A stretch of 45,286 bases of DNA, from NCBI GenBank assembly GCA_017473745.1, contig JAFUJP010000094.1:1-45286 (forward strand), written 5' to 3'. Both the position numbers and the translations under genes were made by a program. The DNA is from Oscillospiraceae bacterium. GTDB taxonomy: Bacteria > Bacillota > Clostridia > Oscillospirales > Ruminococcaceae. The notes under the pieces are model-generated. The model saw only the letters and a program-made list of their open reading frames with translations. It was not told the DNA's origin and made no database searches. Below are positions 25,151 through 32,843 of this stretch, one piece after another; position 1 is the stretch's first letter; each line of letters opens with the position of its first letter.

Positions 25151-25212
25151 AAAAGATTGTTTTTGCATAGGAACAAACAGGTTTTTAGTTTATTTTCATT
25201 TTGAGGCTTGGA

Positions 25213-26256
25213 ATGAAGAAAATTTTATCTTTTGTTTTATTCGCGGTTATTTTTGCTGCGTTCGGGGTTAGTTCCTTTGCGGCAGAAAGCGCCGAGATAT
25301 CTTTCAACACCGTCGGGCCGGATGAAAACGGAAAGGTTTTTGTTGACGTTGTTATTTCCGGAAGCAGCGAACCTTCGATGCTTCAGTTTTGCGTAGCTTA
25401 TGACAGCGAAAAGCTTGATTGTGTTTCTGTCAATGCGGGGAATGCCTTTTCCGGAAATCTTGCCCCGACCATAAACGCGGCCGAAGGCAAAATCTTTTTC
25501 GTATGGGATTCCCTTAACCCTATCAATGGGAGCGGAACGCTTTTGAGAATTGAGTTTGCTCCAAAGGCGGCGAGCCTTGAAACTTCGGTTTGGATAGACG
25601 AATCCGAGGATTTTATCGTTTCGGATGAGAGCTTTGAAAATATCGGTGTTATCGGAGCAAAAGCGGATATAAGCGTTTCTGAAAACGCAGAAGACTCATC
25701 TTCTGAAAGAAGCGAGGATACTTCGTATTCCGAAAGTTCGGAAGAAAATTCCGAAGGTTCTTCAAAATCCGAAAGTTCCGAAGATTCTGAAAATTCCGGG
25801 CAGGGTGGAGCACAAAGCTCGCCAGAGGCGGAAACCGGATACAGCAACGGTATTGAAATTGAAAAAACACAGCTTACGATAAACGTTGGCGAAGAAACTG
25901 CCATAGGTATCGGTGAAACCGATAAAAAGGTTTACTGGTACAGCAGCAACGAAAACATCGTGCGGGTCGAGGACGGGAAGATAATTGCCGTTGCACCCGG
26001 AACGGCAACCGTCACCGTTACAACCGAAGACGGGCTTGAGGAAGCGGCGTGTATCGTTCTCGTTATGGGCGAAGCGGTTTCGGATGATTCTTCCGAATCC
26101 GAAAGCGGCGTTATCGAGGTGGATTCACCCAGAAAGGAAAAGGAAGATTCCGTTCCGGTATGGGCGTGGATAGTTATTGCGGCCCTTGGGGGCGGCATCA
26201 TTTGCGTTTCTGTTATCCTTGTTAAAAAAGCAGGGGTTGCGAACAAAAAACAGTAA
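25213..26256 (+). CDS. Membrane-anchored surface protein: signal peptide, cohesin-type module, Ser/Glu-rich linker, Big_2-like Ig domain, C-terminal TM helix
   Basis: Signal peptide MKKILSFVLFAVIFAAFGVSSFA. Cohesin-like motifs SMLQFCVAYDSEKLD, GKIFFVWDS, LLRIEFAPKA. Ig-like segment VRVEDGKIIAVAPGTATVTVTTEDG. TM helix WAWIVIAALGGGIICVSVILV followed by KK. Confidence 0.75.
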   Translation: MKKILSFVLFAVIFAAFGVSSFAAESAEISFNTVGPDENGKVFVDVVISGSSEPSMLQFCVAYDSEKLDCVSVNAGNAFSGNLAPTINAAEGKIFFVWDSLNPINGSGTLLRIEFAPKAASLETSVWIDESEDFIVSDESFENIGVIGAKADISVSENAEDSSSERSEDTSYSESSEENSEGSSKSESSEDSENSGQGGAQSSPEAETGYSNGIEIEKTQLTINVGEETAIGIGETDKKVYWYSSNENIVRVEDGKIIAVAPGTATVTVTTEDGLEEAACIVLVMGEAVSDDSSESESGVIEVDSPRKEKEDSVPVWAWIVIAALGGGIICVSVILVKKAGVANKKQ

Positions 26257-26365
26257 TTCGGGGGGGAGTTTTCCCGAAAAAATGCTCCGCGGATATGCGG
26301 ATAAATAAGTCGACCGATTCCGGTGGAATATTATATACAGCAAATTTTTTTGCAGGAGGAAAGTT

Positions 26366-28126
26366 ATGAAAAAGTTTATTTCACTCATTCTTGCTGTGAT
26401 GATGGTTCTTTCATGTTCCGTCGTTTCTATGGCAGAAGAAACTGCACCCGCATTTAAGTTTGTTTCTGAACCTTTTACCGAAGAGGGACAGGAACAAACC
26501 GTTAAACTCGTTGCAGAAAATGTCGGCGGCATTACTATGCTTCAGTTCACCATCGAATATGATGCTGAAAAACTCGAGCTTGTAAGCTGCACTGCTGCTG
26601 ATTCAATCGCAGCCAACACCTTAGTGAATGCTGAAAAAGCAGGCAGAATTATCGTTGTTTATGACAGCACTGTTGCGGCTGTTATCGAAGACGCTGTTGT
26701 TACCATGGTTTTCAAAGCGGTTTCTGACGAACTTGGCGAAACTGTTATTGGATTCAACGACGAAGAAGATTTTATCGTATGTGACGATAAATTCTCTGAA
26801 ATTGTTTTCGAAGAAGAAAATAAAGCAGACCATGAAGTTGAAATCGACTACGTTCATGAACATGAATGGGGCGACTGGAAGGTAACTGCAGAGCCCGGCT
26901 GCACCACCGGCGGCCAGGAAACTCGTTACTGCATCTGCTACAACGGAACCTGCGATGAATTTGAAACCAGAGAAACTGAAGCTGCCGGCCATACTCCCGG
27001 TGAAGCAGTTGTTGAAAACGAAGTAGCACCTTCCTGCGAAACCGAAGGTTCCTATGATACCGTTGTTTACTGCGCAGTTTGCAAAGAAGAACTCAGCAGA
27101 GAGACTACCACTGTTCCTGCAACCGGCCACACTTGGGGCGACTGGGTTGTAACCAAAGAAGGTTCCTGTGAAGAATACGGTGAAGAAACCCGCACCTGCG
27201 CAATCTGCGGCGAAACCGAAACCAGAGCTACCGAACAGCTTGGTCATAAATTCGGGGAATGGGTCGTAACAAAAGAAGCAACCTGCGAAGAAGCCGGTGA
27301 AGAAACCAGCACCTGCAGCGCTTGCGGCGATGTAGTTACCAGAGAGATCCCTGCTCTTGGCCATTCCTATAACGAAGGCGTTGTAACCACCGAGCCTACC
27401 TGCGAAGGCAAAGGCGTTAAAACCTATACCTGCGCAACCTGCGGCGGAACCTATACCGAAGAAGTTCCTGCACTCGGTCATACTCCCGGCGAAGCTGTTG
27501 TTGAAAACGAAGTAGCACCTTCCTGCGAAACCGATGGTTCCTATGATACCGTTGTTTACTGCACCGTTTGCGAAGAAGAGATCAGCAGAGAAATTACCAC
27601 TGTTCCTGCACTCGGCCATTCCTATGACGAAGGCGTTGTAACCACCGAGCCTACCTGTGAAGGCAAAGGCGTTAAAACCTATACCTGCGCAACCTGCGGC
27701 GGAACCAAAACCGAAGATGTTCCCGAACTTGGTCACGATTATCAGTATGAAATCGTAAAAGAACCCGGCTGTGAAGAAGAAGGCGAAAGAAAGGTTACCT
27801 GCTCTCGCTGCGATTATGAGAAAATCGAAGCAATCGAAGCTCTCGGCCACGAATGGGGCGCATGGAAAGTCGTAAAACAGCCCAGCTACACTGAAGAAGG
27901 ACTTTCTCAGCGTGTTTGCGAAAAATGCGGCGAAATTGAAACCAAGGCTATTCCGAAACTTGTTGATAAAGATTACGTCAACCCCGGCGTAACCGTAATT
28001 ACTCCCGGCAATAAAAACGACGGCGAAGCCAACCCCAACACCGGTGCCGCTTCTGCAATCGGCGTTGCTGTTCTCGTAGCAGTTTGCGGTGCTGCAGCAG
28101 TTGTTTCCGGCAAAAAGAATAAATAA
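26366..28126 (+). CDS. Cell-wall-sorted surface protein: signal peptide, cohesin-type module, nine Cys-rich ~40-aa repeats, NPNTG sorting signal
   Basis: Signal peptide MKKFISLILAVMMVLSCSVVSMA. Cohesin motifs TMLQFTIEYDAEKLE, GRIIVVYDS. Repeats follow GH..(W/Y)..VVT.E.TCE..G..T.TC..CG...T..IPALGH. The C-terminus has NPNTG, a hydrophobic helix and KKNK. Confidence 0.8.
   Translation: MKKFISLILAVMMVLSCSVVSMAEETAPAFKFVSEPFTEEGQEQTVKLVAENVGGITMLQFTIEYDAEKLELVSCTAADSIAANTLVNAEKAGRIIVVYDSTVAAVIEDAVVTMVFKAVSDELGETVIGFNDEEDFIVCDDKFSEIVFEEENKADHEVEIDYVHEHEWGDWKVTAEPGCTTGGQETRYCICYNGTCDEFETRETEAAGHTPGEAVVENEVAPSCETEGSYDTVVYCAVCKEELSRETTTVPATGHTWGDWVVTKEGSCEEYGEETRTCAICGETETRATEQLGHKFGEWVVTKEATCEEAGEETSTCSACGDVVTREIPALGHSYNEGVVTTEPTCEGKGVKTYTCATCGGTYTEEVPALGHTPGEAVVENEVAPSCETDGSYDTVVYCTVCEEEISREITTVPALGHSYDEGVVTTEPTCEGKGVKTYTCATCGGTKTEDVPELGHDYQYEIVKEPGCEEEGERKVTCSRCDYEKIEAIEALGHEWGAWKVVKQPSYTEEGLSQRVCEKCGEIETKAIPKLVDKDYVNPGVTVITPGNKNDGEANPNTGAASAIGVAVLVAVCGAAAVVSGKKNK
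26855..27961 (+). repeat. Coding tandem array: nine copies of a Cys3-His ~36-46-aa repeat
   Basis: Repeats begin at HEWGDW, HTPGEA, HTWGDW, HKFGEW, HSYNEG, HTPGEA, HSYDEG, HDYQYE and HEWGAW. Two pairs (R2/R6 and R5/R7) are ~90% identical at the DNA level, counted by hand. Confidence 0.85.
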
Positions 28127-28150
28127 AAACTGTTTTTAACAGACCGACCA

Positions 28151-28192
28151 ATACAAACCTGCCTTTTTACCAAGGCAGGTTTGTATATTTTA
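28151..28192 (+). terminator. Rho-independent terminator
   Basis: 14-bp stem atacaaacctgcct/aggcaggtttgtat followed by attttat. Confidence 0.7.
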
Positions 28193-28221
28193 TAACCGAA
28201 AAACAGGAAAAAGGTGACACA

Positions 28222-31200
28222 ATGAAAAAGTTTTTTGCAATGCTTTTAGCGCTTTCAATGGTTTTTAATATGTCAATTTCTACCTTTGCATTGCACGAAG
28301 ACGAAACGAACATAGAAAACGTCAGCGGTATCATTGAAGATTCCGTTGTTTCTGTAAACCCTGTTTATGAAGGACTTGTCAGCGAAGAGGATTTGGTCGG
28401 CGAGGCAGAGGGAGTTTCTTCCTATGCGGCGGCGAATTATGTGGATTCGCTTGAAGAAGCAGGCGAGATTTTGCGTGAACAGCTTAAAGAACGAAAAAAT
28501 CCGGTTATTGTTTATTACATCGCCGATGAATATGATCAACAGCTTTTTACCGATTTGATTAATGCAGCATATGTCCATACCGGCGACCCGACCGAGGGTG
28601 ATTATATCAGATTTAACAATATCGGCTGGCATGGAAGCGTAAACGGTAAGAACAGCAACGGCGCTTATTACTTTACTTTCACTTATACCATGACCTATTG
28701 CGCAACGGCGGAGCAGGAAAAAGAAGTGGATAAAAAGGTGGATTCCGTTATAGCGGGCCTTAAGCTTGCGGGAAAAAACCAGTATGAAAAGGTTTGCGCA
28801 ATTTATGACTATATCTGCGAAAACGTAACCTATGACTATGAGAATCTCAACGATGATTCATATATTCTTAAATTCAGCACCTATGCGGCGCTTATAGATG
28901 AAACTGCGGTTTGCCAGGGGTATGCGACCCTTTTCTATCGCCTTGCGCTTGAAGCGGGGATAGATTCGAGGGTGATTACCGGAATCGGAAACGGCGGAAA
29001 CCACGCATGGAACGTCGTTGAGCTTTCAAAGCTTTATTATAATCTTGATTCAACCTGGGATGCCGGTTCTGAAAATTATCGTTACTTCCTCAGAAGCAAC
29101 GATAATTTCGACGACCATTACAGAGACAGTGAATATGAAACCAAGCAGTTCAACAAGAGCTACCCCATGGGTGAAACCGACTATGACCCCTCAAAGGCGG
29201 AATCTGATATTATTGATTCCGGTCATTGCGGCGGCGAAAGCGGCGGAACAAACATTATGTGGGAAATAGACAAGTACGGCGTTCTCACCTTGACGGGTGA
29301 GGGGGCAACTTCCAGTTTTGCTCCGAACGGCAACTCCCGCTGGCTCGAATATAAAGATATTATAACCGGGCTTGTTATCGGCGAGGGTATCACCCACATC
29401 GGCGATTGCGCATTTATGGGGCTCGAAAATCTTTCGGGAACAGTTGAACTTCCAAAATCGCTTGTTTCCATCGGAAACAGCGCATTCAGAGGATGCGATA
29501 AGCTCAGCGGCGGTCTTGTCATTCCGGAAAATGTTACCGAAATCGGGCATTTTGCTTTCTATGAATGCGAAAGCCTTGACGGAAAGCTTGTTCTTAACGA
29601 AGGATTAAACACCATCGGAAACTATTCTTTCAGCGGATGTACCGGATTTGAAGAGAGTCTTGACGTTCCGTCGAGCGTAACAAAAATCGGCGGCTATGCT
29701 TTTTATAACTGCAGCATAAATGAATATAATTTTGTCGGCGACGCGCCGGAGGTCGGTGCGGCATCTGGAGATATGCCTTCGTTTGATGAAGATGATACGA
29801 TACACTATCCTGCGGATAACGAAACATGGAACACCGCAGGCGGAAAATGGAACGGTTTTAACGCAAAAGGCTTCGGCGAAGTGAAAAACGCGACTCTTAC
29901 GATAGAATCAGCCGAGATTTCCGTTGGAAACAGCGAAACGGTTTCCGTAAGCATTTCCGAAGGTTCCAACGCTTCTATGATTCAGTTTGCACTGAAATAC
30001 GATTCCGATGTTCTTGAAGTCGCTGCCTGCAAGGGTGAAGGACTTTTTGAAGATGCGGCCATCAACACAAACGAGAAAGGTTTAATCATTTTTGCTTGGG
30101 ATTCCCTTGATGCGGTGGAAGAAGCGGGAAAGCTTATCAGCATCGAATTCAGGGTCAAAGACGGCGTCAAAGCAAAGGAAACGGCCATTGAAGTTGATAT
30201 GACCGAAACTTTCATTTTTGCGGATTCGGATTATAAGGATATCAACGTCGAAATAATCATCGGAAAAATAAGTATTATTGATATAATTTACGGCGATCTT
30301 AACGACGACGGAAAAATAAACGTTATTGACGCAAATATGGTGCGCCGCGCCGCCGCAAGACTTATCGAGCTTGATGAAACGCACGAAAAAGCCGCGGACG
30401 TCAGCGGTGACGGAAAAGTTAACGTCATTGATGCAAACGTGGTGCGCAGATATGCCGCCAAGCTGATAGACAGCTTCCCGGTGGGCTCGGGGCACACCCA
30501 CAGCTATTCGGAGGAAATTACGGAGAAAGAAGCTACCTGCGTTGAAGAAGGCATTGTTTCTTCCACCTGCACCGAATGCGGCGAAAAGGTCACAAAGACC
30601 ATACCGGCTCTCGGACATGATTATTCCGAAGAGGTTACGCTTAAAGCGACCTGTACCGATGGCGGAGTTATTACATATACTTGCACAAGATGTGATGACA
30701 GCTACACCGAAACGACAACCCCCACCGGACACAGCTGGAAAGAAGCGGACTGCGTTTCTCCCAGAAGTTGTGAGGAATGCGGTGAGCAGGAGGGCGAAGC
30801 CCTCGGGCATGATTACGTCGGCGGAAACTGCACTACACCCGGCGAATGCAGCAGATGCGGGGAAAAAGGAACCGAACCGGGACATAATTTTGAGGACGGT
30901 TTCTGCACCGAATGCGATGCTCTCGATCCGGATGTATGGCTCAGCGAAAGCGAGCTTTACAGCATTGCCAGCGAATTCAGCGATCTTGTTGATTATGCCA
31001 TAGCGGCAGAAGATTTTTCTTCGGAAGCAGTGGATTATTATGAAAGAGGCTATTCAAGCTCGGCGAAATCTTCGGCGGAGGATGCCCAGTATTATGGTCT
31101 TTACGTTCGGGAATACATTCTTTCGGTATATGAAATGCTCGGAGATTTTGATTGCAGCTATAATTTCGACGGAATGTGGCTTTCGCTTAAAGAATGCCTT

Positions 31201-31359
31201 GCGGAGGCATATTATTATTACGAAGATGCCATAGCGGTCGATCTCGGAACGGTTTCAAACGTATATGAAGTTGAAGAATATATTCTTTACGGAAATTCCT
31301 TCCTTGCGGGAGCACAGGAAATAATCTACTTTATGATTGAAAACGGAATATATGTTTAA
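28222..31359 (+). CDS. Secreted multidomain protein: transglutaminase-like cysteine protease core, BspA-type LRRs, cohesin-type module, dockerin, Cys-rich repeats, unknown C-terminal domain
   Basis: Signal peptide present. Cys-His-Asp triad context VCQGYATLF / NHAWNVV / LDSTWD. LRRs IGDCAF..L.G.V.LP.S..SIGN.AF..C repeated about 5 times. Cohesin motifs SMIQFALKYDSDVLE, GLIIFAWDS. Dockerin loops DLNDDGKINVID and DVSGDGKVNVID. 1045 aa. Confidence 0.8.
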   Translation: MKKFFAMLLALSMVFNMSISTFALHEDETNIENVSGIIEDSVVSVNPVYEGLVSEEDLVGEAEGVSSYAAANYVDSLEEAGEILREQLKERKNPVIVYYIADEYDQQLFTDLINAAYVHTGDPTEGDYIRFNNIGWHGSVNGKNSNGAYYFTFTYTMTYCATAEQEKEVDKKVDSVIAGLKLAGKNQYEKVCAIYDYICENVTYDYENLNDDSYILKFSTYAALIDETAVCQGYATLFYRLALEAGIDSRVITGIGNGGNHAWNVVELSKLYYNLDSTWDAGSENYRYFLRSNDNFDDHYRDSEYETKQFNKSYPMGETDYDPSKAESDIIDSGHCGGESGGTNIMWEIDKYGVLTLTGEGATSSFAPNGNSRWLEYKDIITGLVIGEGITHIGDCAFMGLENLSGTVELPKSLVSIGNSAFRGCDKLSGGLVIPENVTEIGHFAFYECESLDGKLVLNEGLNTIGNYSFSGCTGFEESLDVPSSVTKIGGYAFYNCSINEYNFVGDAPEVGAASGDMPSFDEDDTIHYPADNETWNTAGGKWNGFNAKGFGEVKNATLTIESAEISVGNSETVSVSISEGSNASMIQFALKYDSDVLEVAACKGEGLFEDAAINTNEKGLIIFAWDSLDAVEEAGKLISIEFRVKDGVKAKETAIEVDMTETFIFADSDYKDINVEIIIGKISIIDIIYGDLNDDGKINVIDANMVRRAAARLIELDETHEKAADVSGDGKVNVIDANVVRRYAAKLIDSFPVGSGHTHSYSEEITEKEATCVEEGIVSSTCTECGEKVTKTIPALGHDYSEEVTLKATCTDGGVITYTCTRCDDSYTETTTPTGHSWKEADCVSPRSCEECGEQEGEALGHDYVGGNCTTPGECSRCGEKGTEPGHNFEDGFCTECDALDPDVWLSESELYSIASEFSDLVDYAIAAEDFSSEAVDYYERGYSSSAKSSAEDAQYYGLYVREYILSVYEMLGDFDCSYNFDGMWLSLKECLAEAYYYYEDAIAVDLGTVSNVYEVEEYILYGNSFLAGAQEIIYFMIENGIYV
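30283..30477 (+). other. Dockerin module (two EF-hand-like Ca-binding repeats) inside CDS 28222..31359
   Basis: YGDLNDDGKINVIDANMVRRAAARL...AADVSGDGKVNVIDANVVRRYAAKL. Confidence 0.8.
30490..30930 (+). repeat. Coding tandem array: 4-5 copies of the same Cys-rich repeat as in the preceding gene
   Basis: GHTHSY..ATCVEEG..STCTECG..IPALGHDY..ATCTDGG..YTCTRCD..PTGHSW..C..SCEECG..ALGHDY..C..ECSRCG..PGHNF..FCTEC. Confidence 0.8.
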
Positions 31360-31371
31360 ATCATCGGGAAT

Positions 31372-31404
31372 GAGCACGGCTGAAAAAGCCGTGCTCAGTT
31401 TTTA
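31372..31404 (+). terminator. Rho-independent terminator
   Basis: Stem tgagcacggc/gccgtgctca followed by gTTTTT. Confidence 0.75.
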
Positions 31405-31460
31405 GTTTCGATAAAAATGCTTTGATTTCGTTTGTCGGAACCAAGCAGTTGAACGATAAT

Positions 31461-31504
31461 AAAAAAACGAAGGGCACAGCTTTTGCTGCGCCCTTCGTTT
31501 TTTT
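31461..31504. terminator. Bidirectional terminator (serves minus-strand gene 31517..31969)
   Basis: Stem cgaagggcacagc/gctgcgcccttcg, flanked by AAAAAAA and TTTTTTT. Confidence 0.75.
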
Positions 31505-31516
31505 AAGCTTGATTTA

Positions 31517-31969
31517 TCAAAAATCAAGAGAAGCAGAAATTATAAAATAAGTAATAATGGTTCCTGCGATACTGAGTATCCACCAGAGAATGGAATTTGA
31601 TACCATGTTGGAATTGAGTTGACTGGAAATTTGGGAAGCGCTGTCGACAAAAGTGTCGGTGCATTTCCACTGACCTTCAGTTTTTTCTATGTTGTAAGTG
31701 AAACTGCTTCTTATAGTCGCTCCGTAGCTGTTTTGAGAATCCACAAAACCGGAAACGCTGTAATGACCGTCACTTCCGTTGACTACCATTTCATCAAAAG
31801 AAGGGAAAACGGCACTTGCCGGCGCTTTGAGAACCTGAAGCTCGACACATTGTGCAAACAAAGCGGCCTCATCTCTTTCGGATAAAGTAATGTTTTTTTC
31901 TTGGTATTCTTCAATTTTTTTATTAAATTGAAGTTTCGCAAGCTCTGAAGTATTGGAATAATTATCCAT
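31517..31969 (-). CDS. Tail-anchored small protein of unknown function
   Basis: ATG at 31969 (MDNYSNTSEL..). 150 aa with a C-terminal hydrophobic helix ILWWILSIAGTIITYFIISA. AT-rich gene, divergent from the XRE regulator. Confidence 0.55.
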   Translation of the reverse strand: MDNYSNTSELAKLQFNKKIEEYQEKNITLSERDEAALFAQCVELQVLKAPASAVFPSFDEMVVNGSDGHYSVSGFVDSQNSYGATIRSSFTYNIEKTEGQWKCTDTFVDSASQISSQLNSNMVSNSILWWILSIAGTIITYFIISASLDF

Positions 31970-31997
31970 ATAAACACCCCACAATAAATTATTGATG

Positions 31998-32018
31998 TTG
32001 ACATTCAGTGAATGTCAA
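31998..32018. promoter_or_regulatory. Perfect 21-bp palindrome, candidate XRE operator overlapping a TTGACA box
   Basis: TTGACATTCA-G-TGAATGTCAA. Further ATGTCAA/TGACAAG half-site-like sequences lie at 32052-32072. Confidence 0.5.
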
Positions 32019-32084
32019 ATCTGATGAAATTATAGCATATAATTTCTAAAATGACAAGCACTAAATGTCAAAAAGAGGGATAAT

Positions 32085-32330
32085 ATGTTTATAAATAAAA
32101 CAGCCGAAGGATTTAATAATGTTTGCGGAAAAAATGTTGCAAAGTTTCGCAAGGATATGAAAATATCCCAAAGGGAGCTTGCAGACAGGCTTCAGCTTCA
32201 TGGGCTTGATATTGATAAAAACGCGGTTCAAAGAATTGAAGCGGGTAAACGGTTCGTTACGGATATAGAAATTATTGCACTTGCAAAGGTTTTGGGAATA
32301 AGTTTTTCCGAGATTTTGGAAGATCAATAA
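32085..32330 (+). CDS. XRE-family helix-turn-helix transcriptional regulator
   Basis: 81 aa. HTH_3-type segment ISQRELADRLQLHGLDIDKNAVQRIEAGKR. Confidence 0.85.
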   Translation: MFINKTAEGFNNVCGKNVAKFRKDMKISQRELADRLQLHGLDIDKNAVQRIEAGKRFVTDIEIIALAKVLGISFSEILEDQ

Positions 32331-32388
32331 AAATCTGTTTTTTTACTAAAATTTTATACTTTTATTTATAAAAAACGCCCAAAAATGC

Positions 32389-32417
32389 TTGACATACGGG
32401 CGTTTTTCCGTTATAAT
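32389..32417 (+). promoter_or_regulatory. Consensus promoter of the ylxM-ffh operon
   Basis: TTGACA (32389-32394), a 17-nt spacer, then TATAAT (32412-32417). Confidence 0.65.
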
Positions 32418-32468
32418 ATTAATGTTGTTGTAAAGCAAATCACTTTACAAAAGAAGGAGGTGGACAAT

Positions 32469-32831
32469 GTGCCGAAAGATATGAATATTTCGCTTCTTTT
32501 TGACTTTTACGGCGAGATTTTGACCGAAAAACAGCAGGACGTTATTGATTATTATTATAACGATGACCTTTCTCTTGCGGAAATTTCGGAGCATCTCGGC
32601 ATAACCCGCCAGGGGGTCCGCGACTCCATCAAAAGGGCGGAGGCAACTCTTCTTGATATGGAAGATAAGCTCGGCCTTGCAAAACGCTTCCGCGAGATCC
32701 AGCGCGGACTTGATACCATCATCAGCGAAGCCCACGCCATCGAGGACGACAGCATCCGCGGAGCGACTATCCGTGACATAACCCAGCATACGATGAAAAT
32801 CGTTGAAGTTGCGGGTCATCTTAACGATTAA
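32469..32831 (+). CDS. ylxM: YlxM/UPF0122 putative DNA-binding protein (SRP operon)
   Basis: LFDFYGEILTEKQQDVIDYYYNDDLSLAEISEHLGITRQGVRDSIKRAE is the YlxM signature. GTG at 32469 lies 8 nt after aggagg (an ATG at 32481 is an alternative). Confidence 0.85.
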   Translation: MPKDMNISLLFDFYGEILTEKQQDVIDYYYNDDLSLAEISEHLGITRQGVRDSIKRAEATLLDMEDKLGLAKRFREIQRGLDTIISEAHAIEDDSIRGATIRDITQHTMKIVEVAGHLND

Positions 32832-32843
32832 CGGAGAGAAAAT

